64,000 bases of DNA, from positions 34,534,001-34,598,000 of the forward strand of contig NC_083223.1 of the NCBI RefSeq assembly GCF_032191835.1, given 5' to 3'. The notes beneath the pieces were generated by a model. The model was given only the letters and a program-made list of their open reading frames with translations. It searched no databases and was not told the DNA's origin. The stretch comes from Heteronotia binoei (taxonomy: Eukaryota). The translations under genes were made by a program, and so were the position numbers. Position 1 is the first letter of the stretch. Each line of letters opens with the position of its first letter. Below are positions 22,103 through 34,197 of the stretch, in pieces.

Positions 22103-23862
22103 TATAAATTTTTATTAAAGTTTTCCAAATATCTAAAAAAGTCCATCTATATGCCATTCATGCAAATACTGATAAAGTTGTAAGATCTTTAGTCCATTGA
22201 TCTACAGGTGGTTGACATTTATCCCTCCAATGTTGTAATACAAGTCTTTTTGCTGTAGTAATGGCATGGAGGATTTATTTTTCTTGACCATTGGTTATTG
22301 TCCATAGCACAGGCAGATAGTTTAAAAGTATATAACCATTCTCAAATACAAAATGAATGTGATGAATAACTTTCTCTGAGAAAAAAAAAAGAATGACTGG
22401 ACATGTTCAAGAGATATATTTAAGGGATATGTACTGTGAGTTACAGCAACAACAATTAGACACTTTACTCAAAAGTTATGTTGTTTTTGTGTCCTTGTAA
22501 ATTCTTTTTAGCCACTTTGAGTTTAAGGCAATAAGTCATGAGAATATATATATATATATATATATAATTTCTAGCTCCTATTTCATTATTATACAGTGCC
22601 ATCTTAAACAGAGTTAGACTCTACTAAGCCCTTTAATTTCAACGGACTTCTTTCTAATAACAGCTCAGTTAGTAGGTGATGTTATTTACCTCCCTGCCAT
22701 GAATAGCTTCAGCTGCCATTTCCATACGTTAAACCTCCATTAAAGTGAGAGGACATTTTTCTCCAGGCCGATCGGTGTAATTCCCTTCCTAAGACGTTCA
22801 GAGAGGCTTATGAGATTCCCAGTGGTTTCCCATCCAGGCGCTGATCTGTTCTCATGCTTCCTTACCTTCAACCAGAATACAGCATCAGGTCCTGCCAGAC
22901 CAATGTCAGATCCCAGCTGCAGCCTTTTGTGAGGCTTATCCCACACTGCTTGGTAACTGTTGTGTTAACTGCCCTTGTCTCTGTAGTCATTTCTTTTCCA
23001 CAAAGCTCCATTTTCTCTAGTGTGTAGCACATTTGCTTTTCACTGCCTGTAAACGCTGCTCAAGCCTGCCAGCTTTCTCTGGTGTCCCAATCAAAGGCTA
23101 ACATCTTCTTCCCTTCAGCTATATGAGGTCCTCACTAATCCCCTGCAGATCACTAGGATAAAGAAAGTAGAGGCATTTTGCCATTCTCCGTGTGTCACGG
23201 AGTACTGTCTTTCTCTTGTTATTCCAATCGTTTAAATTGTTCTGGCCTCTCAAGATCATGGTGCAACTTGAGGTGCTTATGGGGCTTTCAGCTACTGCCA
23301 TTAAGTACTTTAAACCTTTTCTCCCTGTCTAGGCTCAGTTTATCTCATTAGACAATTCTCGCTTTTGAGCCTCGTGAGGTAAACTGTGGTGAACTCCCAG
23401 AGCTTCATAATGGTTCTCATCTTTGGTATTTATGTGCTGTTTCCCTACATCCCTGTGCACTCAAAGCTTAATATAACTTGAGTATTCTTTCTTGTGCACA
23501 GGACAGCCAGACACTATATATTATGTTGTCCTCACAAATGTAGGCTACTGGCATTTTCATGGTTGTTTGAATATATACTTGACACCCAAGGCTAGCTATT
23601 TCAGGACTGAACATGGCTTTGGGCATGCCAAAAATGCAGATACTTCTAATTGACAAAGAGAAAAACTTCCAGCCTGTCAGTTTCTCCTTCAGTTTAAATG
23701 GTACCTTAGTCAGTCACTTTAATGATAACATAGCACCTTTACCTTTTTCTCCCTTGATAGCACTTTGCTGTCCAAAAGAGATCAAAACACTTCACAAACT
23801 CACTTCAGTACATTATCTGCCTTATCCCTTCCCCTGCCACTGAACTGCAATATCCTTTCTAG

Positions 23863-24114
23863 TGAAAAGTAAGTGCCAAATGGATAAAATCTGCACTGCA
23901 CCAAAATTTGTGCCAGAGAGGGCCATTGTCAAAAACTGCAACACTAGCATCCACTGCAGATGGAGTCTCTTAATAGAATTATGCTCTAATTCAGGCCTTG
24001 CTTCTCCTCTAAACCAAACAAAAACAATTCCATGTGATTTCTGTCCTTCTGGGCCCTGGTATTATAGTAGCAGTGCCTTTTTCCTTTTTGGCTTAAGGTT
24101 TGCTGCTTCTGTAG
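23863..24114 (+). other. Candidate coding exon of an unidentified host gene (252 nt, phase 1-1)
   Basis: Acceptor TATCCTTTCTAG and donor TAG|GTAACA. Lies within a 131-codon ORF with no TE motif. I recognise no homolog. Confidence 0.2.
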
Positions 24115-25339
24115 GTAACAAACAATTACTGAAATACTACTACTATTATTCCCATGGGAATGGGGGTTCTCCAGGGACAGACATAACAAAAAGTGGAGGT
24201 GAAATATGTGCCATTGTGGTACTACTGAGAGCAAATTGTGAGCTTCCAAGAAGCTGAACTACTTGGTTGTGGGTCAAAAGTAAACTGAATTTCTCTGCCC
24301 AGGAATAAGTAGCTGCTGGTTCAAAATGCAATACTCTTGCAGTTGCTCAGAACTGTATTGGAACTAACAACAGCATAAGAGATATAATCACTGTACTTTC
24401 TGTTCTGTCCAGAAAGCCAGCAGAAGAAAAGTAAGCTCAAATGTTTCTTCAGTCTTTACAGTAACAAATCTTATGAAGAACTGAATGCAATCTCTCTGTG
24501 GTTCACAATCTCATCACAAATTTGTTTTGTAACTTGGTGCAGGTAGGATCAGACAGGATGCATAACACAAGGTTTTATTCTTCTGTTTTTCCTTCAGGGC
24601 CTGCTCTGCTTTCTCCTCCATTTTACTTTTCTCTCCCTCCCTCCTCTTCTTTTTTGTTCAGTACTTAGGGGTCTAGTCTGCCCAGCAACAGACTATGGTC
24701 TCTCTAATAGGACAAATTTCTAAAACATGAACAATGAAGTAAGCTATTAAAACACTATATTCCTTTCAGGAGGGATGAAGCATAAATTATTTGCTTTCCC
24801 GATTCAGAGTCTTACTGATAGTATTACTTGGTTTGTCTATGATTTTGTTGCATTTTTGCCATTGCATCTTGTACCAGGCACTAATGTTAGTGAGCCAAAG
24901 TCTGTTGATTGAGACAGAGCTGGTGTTTTTCTCTCTCTTCAGGCAATCACCACAACTTAATTTATTTCCAGCTTGAGGAGGAAATGTATGGAAGATTTTC
25001 CCAGTGATAGAGAATATTACATTCTCTCTCTAGGTTGTTTACTCTATGTCAGAAGTTGTGCTTTATAGCTCTCGTTGGGATTACTTTTGGTCCCTAGCAG
25101 GGACTTTTTCAGGAGACTGCTCTGAGCAAGGCCAAGGCCAAAGATGTCATTTCAGTGGAGGTGTTTCATGAAGGCTGCTTGACAGTTTCTGTTATCTAGG
25201 AGCTCAAGCTCTTTCTCCCTTGCTTGCTTCCTTCTTGAATTATGTGGGGCTGTGGCAGAGAATGTATGTGGTTCTGTAGCAATGGATGATTTCTTCACAG
25301 AATTGCTGGGATTGTCTGACGTAGTGTCACTGTATTCAG

Positions 25340-25597
25340 TAGGGTTGCCAATCCCCAGGATCCCCCAGTTTTGTAGGCTCCTTCCCACCCCCAGTCAGCT
25401 GGCCAACGGGGGAAGCCCCACCTCAACAGCCGCCATGTGCCTTTCCACTTCAGAAGGCTAGAAGAAGCTTGGAAAGGCTTGCTATTTAGAACTGCACTGA
25501 TATATTTTTACTTATTTATTTTAGGGAAAGTCTCCTGGTTCCACCCCCAAAGTCTCCGGCTCCACCCCAAATATTTTTTCTTAGTTAGACTTGGCGG
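25340..25597 (+). mobile_element. hAT Blackjack-like MITE, decayed (related to the left part of 7411-9350)
   Basis: Starts TAGGGTTGCCAATCCCCAGG and shares CCCAGTCAGCTGGCCA and CTTGGAAAGGCT with 7411-7980. Confidence 0.65.
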
Positions 25598-26619
25598 GTT
25601 TTTTTTAGCTACTTATTCATTTTTTAGGAAATTTATACTCCATTAGAGTTGCCATTTGCCTATAATGGGGTATCCCTCACTAGTACACAGTGGTACAACA
25701 ATGGGGGTATAGTATCAGATAACACTACAATGTCTTCTTGAGGGAAGGGACCTCAGTGGCGTATAATGCCATAGAGTTCAACTGTCCAAAGCAGCCATTT
25801 TCTCCAGGGAAACTGTAGTATGGAGATAATTTGTAATTTTCATTCATTCATTCAAACATTTAAGCAATTAAATATACAGTTAAAATTATAAAATAATTCA
25901 TTAAAACACTTGAAGAAGAGCCAGTAACAGTTTGTTTCATCTGACAGAACAAAAGAGTCTTCATCTGCTGGCAAAATATATTGATAGAGGGAGACAATGA
26001 ATCTCTCTGGGGAGGGTTTTCCAAATTTCTGGTGCCTTGAGTGTGAAGGTCATTGCTTGGTTTGCCACTATGACTGGGAGTGTGCATAATCAAACCCCCA
26101 AGATGAAAATATACACAAAAATTGCTGTTTTGGGTAGTTACTTAAGGTTCCCAGAATGGTATTAGGAATCTGGGATTCTTACTGACATAAAAACACCCTC
26201 CCTGACAATCTGTATTGTTTCAAGACTCAGTGCTTACCAAGCCAGCAGTACCATGTGCATGTGCTTGTTTTCCTGGACAACAGCATTCTTCCAACCAATT
26301 GGATCCTGGCAAGGGTCTAGCCCTACCTACTCTGCAGATAAACTAGAGAGAGGAAATACATTGAGCATGCATACTATGAGTGCACATTGCCTAGACCATT
26401 TAAAAAGCAAACCAGTGGTCTGTCATTCCCACCATATCAATCTATAGAGAGGTATGCATGCAGAGAAATGAGCTCCTTTTGGGGCCCCCAGTAAAACAGT
26501 TCTGTTTGTTGCTTGTGGCTGAAATTCAGGGGGCCTGCAGAGGAGACAGAGTGCTGCATACCATGTGATTTTGATTACATCATGTGTCATGGATGTTATG
26601 AGGGAGACCCTCAAATTGA

Positions 26620-26790
26620 CTGGACATCTAGACCAAGTAGAGTTAACCTCAAATAGAGATCTTGCTGACAACACCTTTAAGGCTCTTAATCTCCTTCATC
26701 ATTGGTAAAAACACTACAGTCTGTGATTGTTCTTTCTTTAGATGTTGAAAAGGCCTTGATCCTGTGGAATTTTCATATCTTTAAAGTTAC
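26620..26790 (+). mobile_element. L1-type RT fragment, highly decayed
   Basis: Translates to DQVEL..NRDLADN...VLSLDVEKA, resembling the L1 DQTGF/DN/LDAEKAFD motifs. Confidence 0.45.
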
Positions 26791-29268
26791 AATAGCAAAG
26801 CACCCCATAAAAAGTCTGCCGTGAAAACATTTTCAACTCTGCGGTGATGTCATATCCCCAGATGGCAGAGATCAGCTACTTTGCAGGGTGGATTCTGTGT
26901 CATTATACCCTGCTGAGGTCACTTCCCTCCCACTTTGGTCCCCACTGTGGAGAAAGAATGTACTTTTCCTAGGTAGAGGTTGTAGGGAGGGGGTAGGAGA
27001 TGGAAAGCTGAAGTCAGATCAGTTCCCCTACAGAAAATGGCCACCTTGAGGCACATCCTCTATGCCATGGTATACCATAACACAGCCGGGCCAGGCAAAA
27101 AAAAAATCTGATTATGCTACAGTGATGGTAAATGCCGCAAGGCTGATCCTGACAAGAAGAGGTAGCAAAATGGACTCTGGCTCTACTGCAAAGGGTGCCA
27201 CCTCATCAGCCTTGGTACCACCAACGTGGAACACATCAGTTACTAAACCAGAGACCTCAGCTCTGAGGTCAACTGAGCTTGACTCCAAAATCTTCCTTTG
27301 TTTCTCTGATGAACTGCAAAAAGGATAAGTCACACAAGTCCAAAGAACACAAGTCTAATCATAAATGCAAACCTTCTCTGACCTCATCGGAAGAGTCCTT
27401 GAGTCATTTTTGGTATATGCTAACCACATCACTATTGGACCTGACACCCCACATCAGGTAGACTCCCTGGCCAGAGTTACAATGTCTCAGGCATCTTGAT
27501 CGGTTTCCCCTCCTGATTCTAACATCGAGCAGATCAATTTAACAGCCACACCACTGCTCTGGCTCTGCTTCAGCAAGAAGAGTAACTCCTCACAGATGCC
27601 AATAATCAGAGTGGGATCCTTCTTGCCCACCTCTGAGGGATCCTGCAGCCCCCCACACCTGACCCTCACTATCAGTACTGACCTGATGAAGTGTGTTTTG
27701 CATGCTGGTACCCCCCTGAGCCTTGCTCCACGGGACCAACGTCAACTGAGCTATCTGTATGGACCTTACCATTCACCAATGTCGTGGCTCTCATCTCAGG
27801 GCCCATATGATTGCGATTGGTACACCTCCCTAAGATTGCCTGATGCCAGTTGGGAGGAGGTGCCCCACAAATGCAGACAGAAACATTCAGTCCAACAGCT
27901 CTGGTCTCCTCTCCACCAAGATCCAAGTGAGCTTCGACTCCGACATCAGCTCTGAAGGCTCCATCCAAGATGGAATCTTCTGATCTAAATGAGCCGTGTT
28001 GCACAGATGAGGCAGACTCAGACCATGAGGACTCTGATCATCAACCCACCAACCTCTCTCCTCCAACTCTGATCACCTATTTTGCCATCTGAAGACTTGG
28101 AATCTTATGGTGACTTGATCAAACACATGACCTCCACCGTTGGCCTCTCAATCAACAATTGCAGCCTGAAGTAGATGACCTTGTGTTCGACATCATCCAA
28201 AAAGATGTCTCCACAGCAGTTGTTCTTCCACTAACCAAAGTTATCCTACAGGCAGTTAAGGTTCCTTAGGACAAAGTGGCTTCAATGGCTGTTTTCAACA
28301 AATGCCTTGATCATATGTACAAGGCAAAGATGCTGAGTTCCTTTTTTCCCAACCAAAACCAAACTCAATGGTAGTAACCACCTAATCGAAGGGGAAACAT
28401 TCTGCTTCCCCTCCTCCAGACAAAGAGGATAAGAAAATAGACTCCTTTTGGCCCAAGTTTTATTCCATGGCAGCTCTTGGGATCAAGAACACCAACTTCC
28501 TCGCCTGCCAAGGGCGATACCAGTTTGCTTTGTGGGACCAGCTTATGTGTTTTCTCCAATCCCTTCCTGAGGACCAACGCCATAACCTATTCAAGCTTCA
28601 GAAGGAGGGCATGCTTGTGGCCAAGCAGCAGGTCTGCTCCTCTAAACACAATGTTGATACCTTCGCCAAATCATTGACGTCAGCCATCACCTTGTGACGC
28701 CACTCCTAGTTGCAGAGAGAAAGACCAAGCAGCATTCTAGTCACTTCATGGTGGCCTGGGCAACTTTGGTTTTCAGTCCTTCTTCATTTATCCAAGTATT
28801 GGACACACTTCCTTCCCATGGAAGCAGATCTCCTGCTGACTCACAGGGGCAAAGTGATGCACCAGAACATTCCTCAGCTGAACTGACTGCTTGGCTAACA
28901 GACTGACCTTTTTCCCTGGCAGAGTCTGGACGGTACTCCTCAACTACAGAAAGCCTTCCACCAGGCGATCTTATGCCTATGTGGGGAAAATTTTCTGATT
29001 TTGCCACTGACCTGCAGTTGGCTGCGACAACAGCAGGCCTTCCCACAATTTTCTCCTACCTCTTGCATTCGATGGACAAAGGACTTAATCACTTCTCTGT
29101 TAGGGTCTATCTCATGCCTTAACCATTACCACTCTCAGATAGATGGCTTCTTCATGTTCTCACACCCGGATTTCAAGAAGTTTCTGAAGAGACTTCTGCA
29201 TTTTTCCTGCCTGTCAAGGAACCTGTCCTGGCTTGGAACCTACATCTCATTCTGAAACATTTGACAAT

Positions 29269-29686
29269 AAGAACATAAGAGAAGCCATGTTGGATCAGGC
29301 CAATGGCACATCCAGTCCAACACTCTGGTCGTTTTCGCACTCACCTTCCGCCGGCGCGACCCCCCTCTTCACTGCGCAGGATCTGCGCGGATTTCGCACT
29401 AAACGCTGCGGAGCAGCCAGAAAAGCCGGAAGCTCCCGTCGCAAAAGCCGCGCAAACGCCAAACTGCTTTTTGGCGGTTTCAGTTTGAGCGGCTTTTGCG
29501 CCGGGAGCTTCCGGCTTTTCTGGTTGCTCCGCAGCGTTTAGTGCGAAATCCGCGCAGATCCTGCGCGGTGAAGAGGGGGGTCGCGCCGGCAGAAGGTGAG
29601 TGCGAAAACGACCCCTGTGTCACACAGTGGTCAATACACACACACACACATATTGTGGCTGATAGCCACTGATGGACTTCTGCTCA
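29269..29686 (-). mobile_element. CR1 3' UTR fragment inserted in the DIRS YR ORF
   Basis: Reverse complement of the 3' UTR of the CR1 at 1-1067. TSD ACAAT at 29264-29268 and 29687-29691. Confidence 0.88.
29328..29614. mobile_element. Near-perfect palindromic MITE (Harbinger-like), CpG-rich and young
   Basis: Arms of about 130 bp with few mismatches. TIR (GG)GTCGTTTTCGCAC and a 3-bp TSD CTG (29325-29327 and 29615-29617). Confidence 0.85.
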
Positions 29687-30368
29687 ACAATGAAACTGTT
29701 TGAGCCGATGACAACTTGCCCATTTCAACTGCTTTCTTGGAAGACTGCCTTCCTTGTGGCAATTACTTTAGCCAGGAGAGTGAGTGAGCTCACAGCCCTT
29801 AGATCAGACCCTCTGTATTTGCGATTCCATGAGCAAGACCTAGGTCCTCTTTCAGTGGACATCAAGTTTCTTCCAAAGGTAGTCTCATTGTCAATCTGAA
29901 TCTATGCTTCCTGCCTTCTTCTCCAGTCCTCAGAATCCCTAGGAGAGGGCTCTGCACTCACTGCATGTAAAAAGGCCCTCCTCTTCTATCTGAACAGGAC
30001 TAAAGATTTTCATCATTCCAAATGACTCTTCATTGCCTACTTGGACCCCTCCAAGGGCAACAAGATTTTGTCTCAGAGACTTTGAAAGTGGATAACAGAA
30101 ATTATCAAACTCTGCTACCTATTGGCCAAGACACCTTGGCCTGGTAGACTTTGGGTCCACTCTACCAGGGCATTAGCCACCACTCAATGGGGTCTTTTTA
30201 CAAGGTATTTGCAATGCAGCCACATGGGTGACCCCTAACACCTTTGCCAGACATTGTGCTCTGGATGTCTGTGAGCGTTTGAGAATGGCCATGGGACATT
30301 TGCTTCTATAGACTGCAACACTGTGACTGTCAACTCCCACCTTCAGGTAGGCTACAGCTTGTTATTCT

Positions 30369-30735
30369 CCCAAGGGTGTGATGCACAGAGACCGCAAAGA
30401 AGATAAACAGGTTGCTTATCTGTAACTGATGATCTTCGAGTGGTCTGCTATGCATTCACACCACCTACCTTTCCACCCCTCTGCTCTCAGCTAAGTTGCA
30501 GTCCTATCCTGGGTTGGACAATGGTCAGAAGGAACTGGTGTGATCTTCATGCTCCACCTCCTGAGTATGCGTGATGGAGTTCCTGAGCATGCTCAGGGGC
30601 AGGGACACAAAAATCCCTCTAGTGGAGCCACATAACACTGATCAGAACCAGTGCAGGCGCTGTAGATCCCAAGGGTGTAAATGCACAGAAGACCACTTGA
30701 AGATAATCAGTTTCAGGTAAGCAACCTGTTTATTT
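30369..30735 (+). repeat. DIRS internal complementary region and right inverted terminal repeat
   Basis: 30405-30462 is the reverse complement of 30674-30731. 30369-30406 is a direct, diverged copy of 30668-30706. Confidence 0.85.
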
Positions 30736-31297
30736 GATGGGTGGAGCCTGGAGGGGCTTGAAGAGGAGTGTAACCTCAGATAGGTACAATGCTATACACT
30801 CCACCTTCCAAATCACCATTTCCTCATGAGAAACCATTGTTGTCAATCTTCAGGTGAGGGCTGGAGAGCACTCAGAATTACAGCTGCTCAACAGATGGCA
30901 GAGATCATCTGAGATGGGGGGAGGAAAGTAAATGCCTTCACTAGTGTGGGAAGACAGCAAGGATGGGGGGCACTTGTCCAGAGTTTCCTTCTAGAGTCCA
31001 CTATATTTTTCTTCATAACAGGCCTTATTCCTATTTGTAAATAAGTTGTTAACCTTCCACTAGGTATTAAAATATCTATGAATACATATATTCAGGCTTA
31101 CAAAAAAAATCTTATTTAAAGTGGGAAATAGTTTTTTTTTCTGATCTGGCTTTAAGATACCAGGAAAGGTCCCCTTTCAGTTTTTTTAAAAATAATATGC
31201 CTTAGAAAGGTTGAAACTGAGCATTATCTTTAACTTGATCAAGGACAGAAATGTAAATCTTTACTGAAGGTGAGAATTCAGATCAACAAACACTCAC

Positions 31298-31470
31298 CGT
31301 GAGAAAAGTATTCAAGAGATAAATAGAATTTATCTGACAATGTATGTTCCAACTAAAATCTAAAGTGATACAGCGAACAATGTTTAACAAGATTTCAGTG
31401 ACTCCTGTTGGCTTTATAATCTGCCTAGTCTTTTGAAAATGTCTCCTATAGAAATGTTTAGCCCAGCTGT
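31298..31470 (-). other. Candidate coding exon of an unidentified host gene (173 nt)
   Basis: Acceptor CTCTTAATCTTGCTAG and donor ACG|GTGAGT. One open frame: DSWAKHFYRRHFQK...LNTFLT. Confidence 0.2.
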
Positions 31471-31515
31471 CTAGCAAGATTAAGAGCTTTACTTCTGCCA
31501 CACTCCCCCTGACAG

Positions 31516-31756
31516 ACCCAGGAAGGCTCTTCACAGAGCAGCCTTCATAGGTTTCCGTGAAGTGGCAATAGCAATTGAACCACTTACTTGGGAATCGCCC
31601 CACCAAAGCCAGAGGGACCACTCTGAATCAATTACTTTGAGGGCTGTAACCCAGAGGCATGACTGTGCAGAGCATGACTTTCAGGTAATCTCCATAGAAA
31701 TGAATGAAGATTGCAGTGGAATAGAACCTGACAGGTTCTTGCAGGACACAGTGTGA
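31516..31756 (+). other. Candidate terminal coding exon ending ...FLQDTV*
   Basis: Pyrimidine-rich acceptors at 31514-31515 and 31549-31550. About 79 open codons ending in a T-x-V (PDZ-ligand-like) C-terminus. I recognise no homolog. Confidence 0.25.
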
Positions 31757-31979
31757 CGGTGTTTTTGTTTGAAAGTTCACATGTATTGACATAGTTTATC
31801 TGTATGTGTTGCTATTTATATTTTCTAGAAAATTGCATTTTAACATTTTGGAAAGGGAGATGTTATGTTAACTCATGGAGCTTGAGGAAAGGGTGAAAAG
31901 GCTCCCCTGTGGCTGCTAGGGAAAATAGCCCAGGACTGAAGGCACAAGCACCTCCTCTCCCTCTTGCAGTGCTCTGAGC

Positions 31980-32395
31980 CAGAGGCGTCACTAGGGTGGG
32001 TTGCACCCTGGGGTGTAACTGATTCAAGTCATTGCCCCCCCATTGGGCATCACCCCTTTTGGAGGGCTGCGTCACCCCCTCCGCACACAACCCCACCCAC
32101 TTCACATGGCCCCTCCCTCATCCACCCTCTGGTCACATGACCAGCCCCTGTAATCCAAGATACCAGTTTTACAGCATTTAAGTTTTCCCCACTCACCCAC
32201 ACACTTTTAGCTGAGCTGGCGGCAGCGCGGCCCCGGTTTCAGAATCCCGGACAGCCCACACACAGCAGCAGCGTTCTAGTCCCAGGGCCAGCCTCTTCCT
32301 GTTGGGGGGGGGTCATGGGTCAGTGCCTGGGGCCAATGAGAATGCTCTGGGGGAGGGCCGATGGCCCCCTTGGCCCTGCCCTAGTGACGCCGCTG
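31980..32395 (+). mobile_element. hAT MITE
   Basis: TIRs CAGAGGCGTCACTAGGG / CCCTAGTGACGCCGCTG with a perfect TSD CTCTGAGC. Confidence 0.9.
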
Positions 32396-32616
32396 CTCTG
32401 AGCCACATCAAGTGACAGGGCAGTTTTTAAGGGGAGTATGCCAATGAACATGTGACTGTGAGTTAGGTCAAGAGACCTTACATGTCACATATAGCTGGAC
32501 TTGATGCTTCCCTTGTTCTTGCCCACCAATGGCCCTCTAGAAATTTCCATGTAAATGAAATGGTGAGTTTGCCTATTAAGGAATGCAATGCAGCATGTGA
32601 GGGAGAAAAGTATTTG

Positions 32617-32859
32617 TAGGCTTGCCAACATCTGGGTGATAGCTGGAGATGTCATGGGATTATAACTGGGTGATAGCTGGAGATGTCCTGGGATTATAAC
32701 TGATCTTCAAGTGATAGAGATCAGTTCACCTGGAGAAAATGTCTCCTTTGGAAGGTGGACGCTATGACATTATATCCCCTCTCCTCCTCAAACCCTGCTC
32801 TCCTTAGATTCCACCCTCAAAATCTCCAGGTATTTCCCAACCCAGATCTGGCTATCATA
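32617..32859 (+). mobile_element. hAT Blackjack-like MITE, decayed, with an internal tandem duplication of about 30 bp
   Basis: Ends TAGGCTTGCCAAC / CTGGCTATCATA. CTGGGTGATAGCTGGAGATGTC..GGGATTATAA occurs twice. Confidence 0.6.
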
Positions 32860-33086
32860 GGGACTTGTGGTAGCAGAATTGATCTGTGGAACATCACTGG
32901 TTATTATTTACCTGCACTTTATGTCTTTCTTATCAAAAGCACGCTTTGTGGTTCACAAAACGTTTTTTAAAAGTATACAATTTCAGAGGTATAAGGACAA
33001 TAAAACTATATTTAAAGGGATTTCTAAATAGTGTAAACAATATTAAGATGCAAATCTAGTGCTGTGTATCCATTAGTCATTCTATA

Positions 33087-33697
33087 GGCCGCGGTCAGAC
33101 GTACATTTTTATCCGACACAGCAGCGCATGCTCTTCGGATTGAAAGTGCATGTCCATACGACAACATCTGGGAGTAGTCGGTGAGTTGTGGGTATCCCGT
33201 CATGCTGCGACTTACTGTCGGACTTTTTTGATAGTGGATAAAATCCGGTTCTAAATGCTTGACGACGGGCCAAAAACAGATTTCCCCTGTATGATCATGC
33301 CAGCGTTAGCGAGTCGTCTCAACTTGCATCCCAGATCAGCACCATTTTTTTTTAAATCTTAGCGATACACGCATAACCACAAAAGGATCAGCAAAAGGCG
33401 GAAGGGCTCCTGGGTGCTTTAAGCACCACAACAGATGAATTCCGAGCAACTGCAAATGTTTCTTTTTAATTTTGTGGGGTTGAATTTTGTGACACAATCA
33501 TTGTTTAGTCCATATTTCTAGAAAATAGTCCCTGAGGTTGAGCCAATCAGCGGCATTGTTTATGCACATGCGCAAAGGCCGGGCCATCTGATCAGTCAAC
33601 AATGGGACAGGCACTCGGCAAGGTGGAGGACGGGACAGGCACTCGGCAAAACAGGAATGCCTTGCTGATGGATTTGATGGTGCGTCTGACCGCGGCC
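33087..33697. mobile_element. Non-autonomous DNA transposon with 15-bp perfect TIRs and TA/TATA flanks
   Basis: GGCCGCGGTCAGACG / CGTCTGACCGCGGCC with TATA on both sides. The interior is CpG-rich. Confidence 0.85.
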
Positions 33698-33816
33698 TAT
33701 AGTAATTCTTTTTTAAAGAAAAGTTTTCAGAATTCCCTGGAAGGTTTCTAGTAATGGTGCCACCCTGATGTCCTGAGGAAAGGAGCTCCACAGGTGAAGA
33801 AAGGCTCTCTCATGGG

Positions 33817-34197
33817 CAGGGCCAGTGCTAGGCTTTCTGGTGCCCTAGGCAAATCACCCACTAGTGCCCCCCCCCATTATTAAAAAATATAGGGAAAATG
33901 AAGAGTGCCAAACTTGAAACTTTTCACATTTTTAATTTACTGATTTTTAATTTAATTTTTTAAAAAATGTGATATGTTATAAAAAAATTGTGAGAATAAG
34001 TGCTTGCTGGCCACACCAGGAAAGAGGGTGGCGGGACAGGATGAGGTGGGAGACCAAGTTGCACATTGGGGAGAGGGGGTGACTTGGCTTTGTTGAGGAC
34101 AGCTTGGTGATGGGAGAAGATAAGGTGACAGTGGTCAGGAGCCAGAGTAATGCATCTGGCAACTGCCTACTTTGCCTATTCCCATGCACCGGCCCTG
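33817..34197 (+). mobile_element. hAT (CAGGGCC-type, Tip100-like) MITE
   Basis: TIRs CAGGGCCAGTGC / GCACCGGCCCTG with a perfect TSD CTCATGGG. Confidence 0.9.

Larger units (their letters stand above)
27060..30735 (+). mobile_element. DIRS1-type tyrosine-recombinase retrotransposon, decayed, 5' end lost, RT/RNase H deleted
   Basis: gag-like remnant (ALGIKNTNFLACQGRY...SAITL*RHS); methyltransferase tail (WPGQLWFS...DLLLTHRGK); YR motifs AWNLHLIL, KTAFLVAITLARRVSEL (ORF 29672..29899) and HSTR at about 30158; ICR and right ITR at 30369-30735. The 5' boundary is approximate. Confidence 0.88.

Noticed and set aside
26800-27100. Left ITR of the DIRS element
   Set aside because: No match to the ICR or right ITR was found. 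The region holds MITE debris.
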